DNA of 64,000 nucleotides from Chlamydiia bacterium (GTDB lineage Bacteria; Chlamydiota; Chlamydiia; Chlamydiales; Rhabdochlamydiaceae): NCBI GenBank assembly GCA_963804085.1, contig CAWDOQ010000010.1, positions 32,001 to 96,000 of the forward strand, read 5' to 3'. Shown piece by piece: positions 62,718 to 64,000 of this stretch (position 1 is its first letter; each line of letters starts with the position of its first letter). The notes under the pieces were generated by a model. It saw only the letters and a program-made list of their open reading frames with translations, ran no database searches and was not told where the DNA came from. The position numbers and the translations under genes were made by a program.

Positions 62718-63688
62718 GCTAAATACCATGCCACTGTTTTTTTTAATCCTTCTGCCAAAGTATGGCGGCAAGACCAGCCTATCTCTCTATGGATTTTTGT
62801 GCAATCAAGGGCGTAGCGAAAATCGTGCCCTAACCTGTCGGGAACAAAGGTGATGAGACGTAAGAAGTTTTGAGGATCTTCACTCTTTTGTTTGGCAAGT
62901 TCGTCAATTAAAATATGTAAGAGATCTATGTTTTTGCACTCGCTGCCACTGCCTAAGTTGTAGACCTCGCCCCGCTTGCCCTTTTCCAAAATTTTCCAGA
63001 CAGCTTCTGCGTGATCCTCTACAAAGAGCCACTCGCGCACATTCTGCCCATTTCCATACACCGGAAGAGGCTCGTTTTGTAAACACTTGGTGAGAAGCAC
63101 AGGGATGAATTTTTCGGGGAATTGGTGGGGCCCGTAGTTGTTGCTGCTATGCGAAAGGGTTGTCGATAATCCATAGGTCTTTGCATAGGCGCGCACGAAG
63201 TGATCAGCTGCTGCTTTTGAAGCAGCATAAGGAGAGTTGGGCTCATAAGGCGAGCTTTCCAAAAACTCCCCATCGCTTCCAAGCGCACCAAAGACCTCAT
63301 CGGTCGAAATCTGATGGAAGTGGATGTGAGGAAGCTTCTTTACGACCTCTAAAAGCACAAGCGTTCCCATCACATTTGTCTCGGCAAAGACGCGCGGCCC
63401 CATAATGCTTCTATCGACATGCGTCTCTGCAGCAAAGTGGACAAGCGTATCGATCTTCTCCTCTTTGCAGAGCTTTTCAACAAGATTTTCGTCTCTAATG
63501 TCGCCTTGCACAAAAAGATAACGAGCACTCTCTTCCACCTCTTTTAGATTATTTTTATCTGCGGCGTACGTGAGCAGGTCTAGGTTGATTACTCTTTCCA
63601 AGCAAGAGAGATGTTTTAAGCCAAAACGGATAAAGGCAGACCCCATAAATCCTGCTCCACCGGTCACGAGCACGCGTCTACTTTTCAT
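62711..63688 (-). CDS. rfbB: dTDP-glucose 4,6-dehydratase
   Basis: TGGAGFMG, AAETHVDRSI, STDEV, YAASK, NNYGP. Confidence 0.95.
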   Translation of the reverse strand: MKSRRVLVTGGAGFMGSAFIRFGLKHLSCLERVINLDLLTYAADKNNLKEVEESARYLFVQGDIRDENLVEKLCKEEKIDTLVHFAAETHVDRSIMGPRVFAETNVMGTLVLLEVVKKLPHIHFHQISTDEVFGALGSDGEFLESSPYEPNSPYAASKAAADHFVRAYAKTYGLSTTLSHSSNNYGPHQFPEKFIPVLLTKCLQNEPLPVYGNGQNVREWLFVEDHAEAVWKILEKGKRGEVYNLGSGSECKNIDLLHILIDELAKQKSEDPQNFLRLITFVPDRLGHDFRYALDCTKIHREIGWSCRHTLAEGLKKTVAWYLAC

Positions 63689-63998
63689 CTTTTAAATACT
63701 CCTCTAAAGCCTCTTGCCAAGTGCGTGGAGGACTCCCTAGCATCTCTTCTACTTTTTGCGTCTCGAGCACCGAATAGCTGGGGCGTTTAGCAGCTGACTT
63801 AAACTCTCTTGCTTTTGCCGGCAAGATCTCCTGGCAAGCGACCTGCTCTCCTCTTCTCTTCATAACCGCCAGAACCTCTTGTGCAATTTCGAAGCGCGAA
63901 GAGGCGCCGGAACTTGCAAAATGAAAGATCCCTTTAAAAGAGACCAGCTCCAAAAGAGCGGCTGCGAGGTCTTTGCAGTAGGTGAGGCGCCCGCGCTG
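63678..63998 (-). CDS. rfbD: dTDP-4-dehydrorhamnose reductase, C-terminal part (runs off window)
   Basis: GIFHFA..G..SRFEIA, AKRPSYSVL, WQEAL. Confidence 0.85.
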   Translation of the reverse strand, partial: QRGRLTYCKDLAAALLELVSFKGIFHFASSGASSRFEIAQEVLAVMKRRGEQVACQEILPAKAREFKSAAKRPSYSVLETQKVEEMLGSPPRTWQEALEEYLKDEK

Positions 63999-64000
63999 AT

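Overview
The window is chromosomal DNA from an environmental member of Chlamydiota. This is inferred from the rpsL-rpsG-fusA-rpsJ cluster without tufA, the rodA-birA...nifU-nifS-gpmA-rluB synteny, the sctJ-K-L-R-S-T type III secretion block and an expanded Legionella-MOMP-like porin family. Other housekeeping genes are tsp, hemH, glgP, sthA, sufBCDS, kdsB and rfbB/rfbD. Accessory patches lie between them: a stress operon, a surface-protein/porin cluster, a decayed islet at tRNA-Phe, candidate host-directed effectors (Inc-like, F-box, ankyrin, CaaX) and a HicAB toxin-antitoxin pair. Most notable: (i) six ~129-bp highly structured tandem repeats just downstream of tRNA-Phe, next to a four-helix-bundle remnant and a YhcG PD-(D/E)XK nuclease; (ii) a 182-bp MITE inserted in frame in a GT2 gene with a TCAA duplication; (iii) a ~690-bp non-coding nested inverted-repeat cassette at the nifU 3' end, flanked by a 35-bp direct repeat; (iv) an Inc-like protein with PPxY, PPxY and PSAP late-domain-like motifs; (v) a recent porin duplication that differs mainly in three short segments. 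Several frameshifts are single-base losses in short A/T runs and are probably assembly errors. All calls come from reading the sequence; no searches were run.
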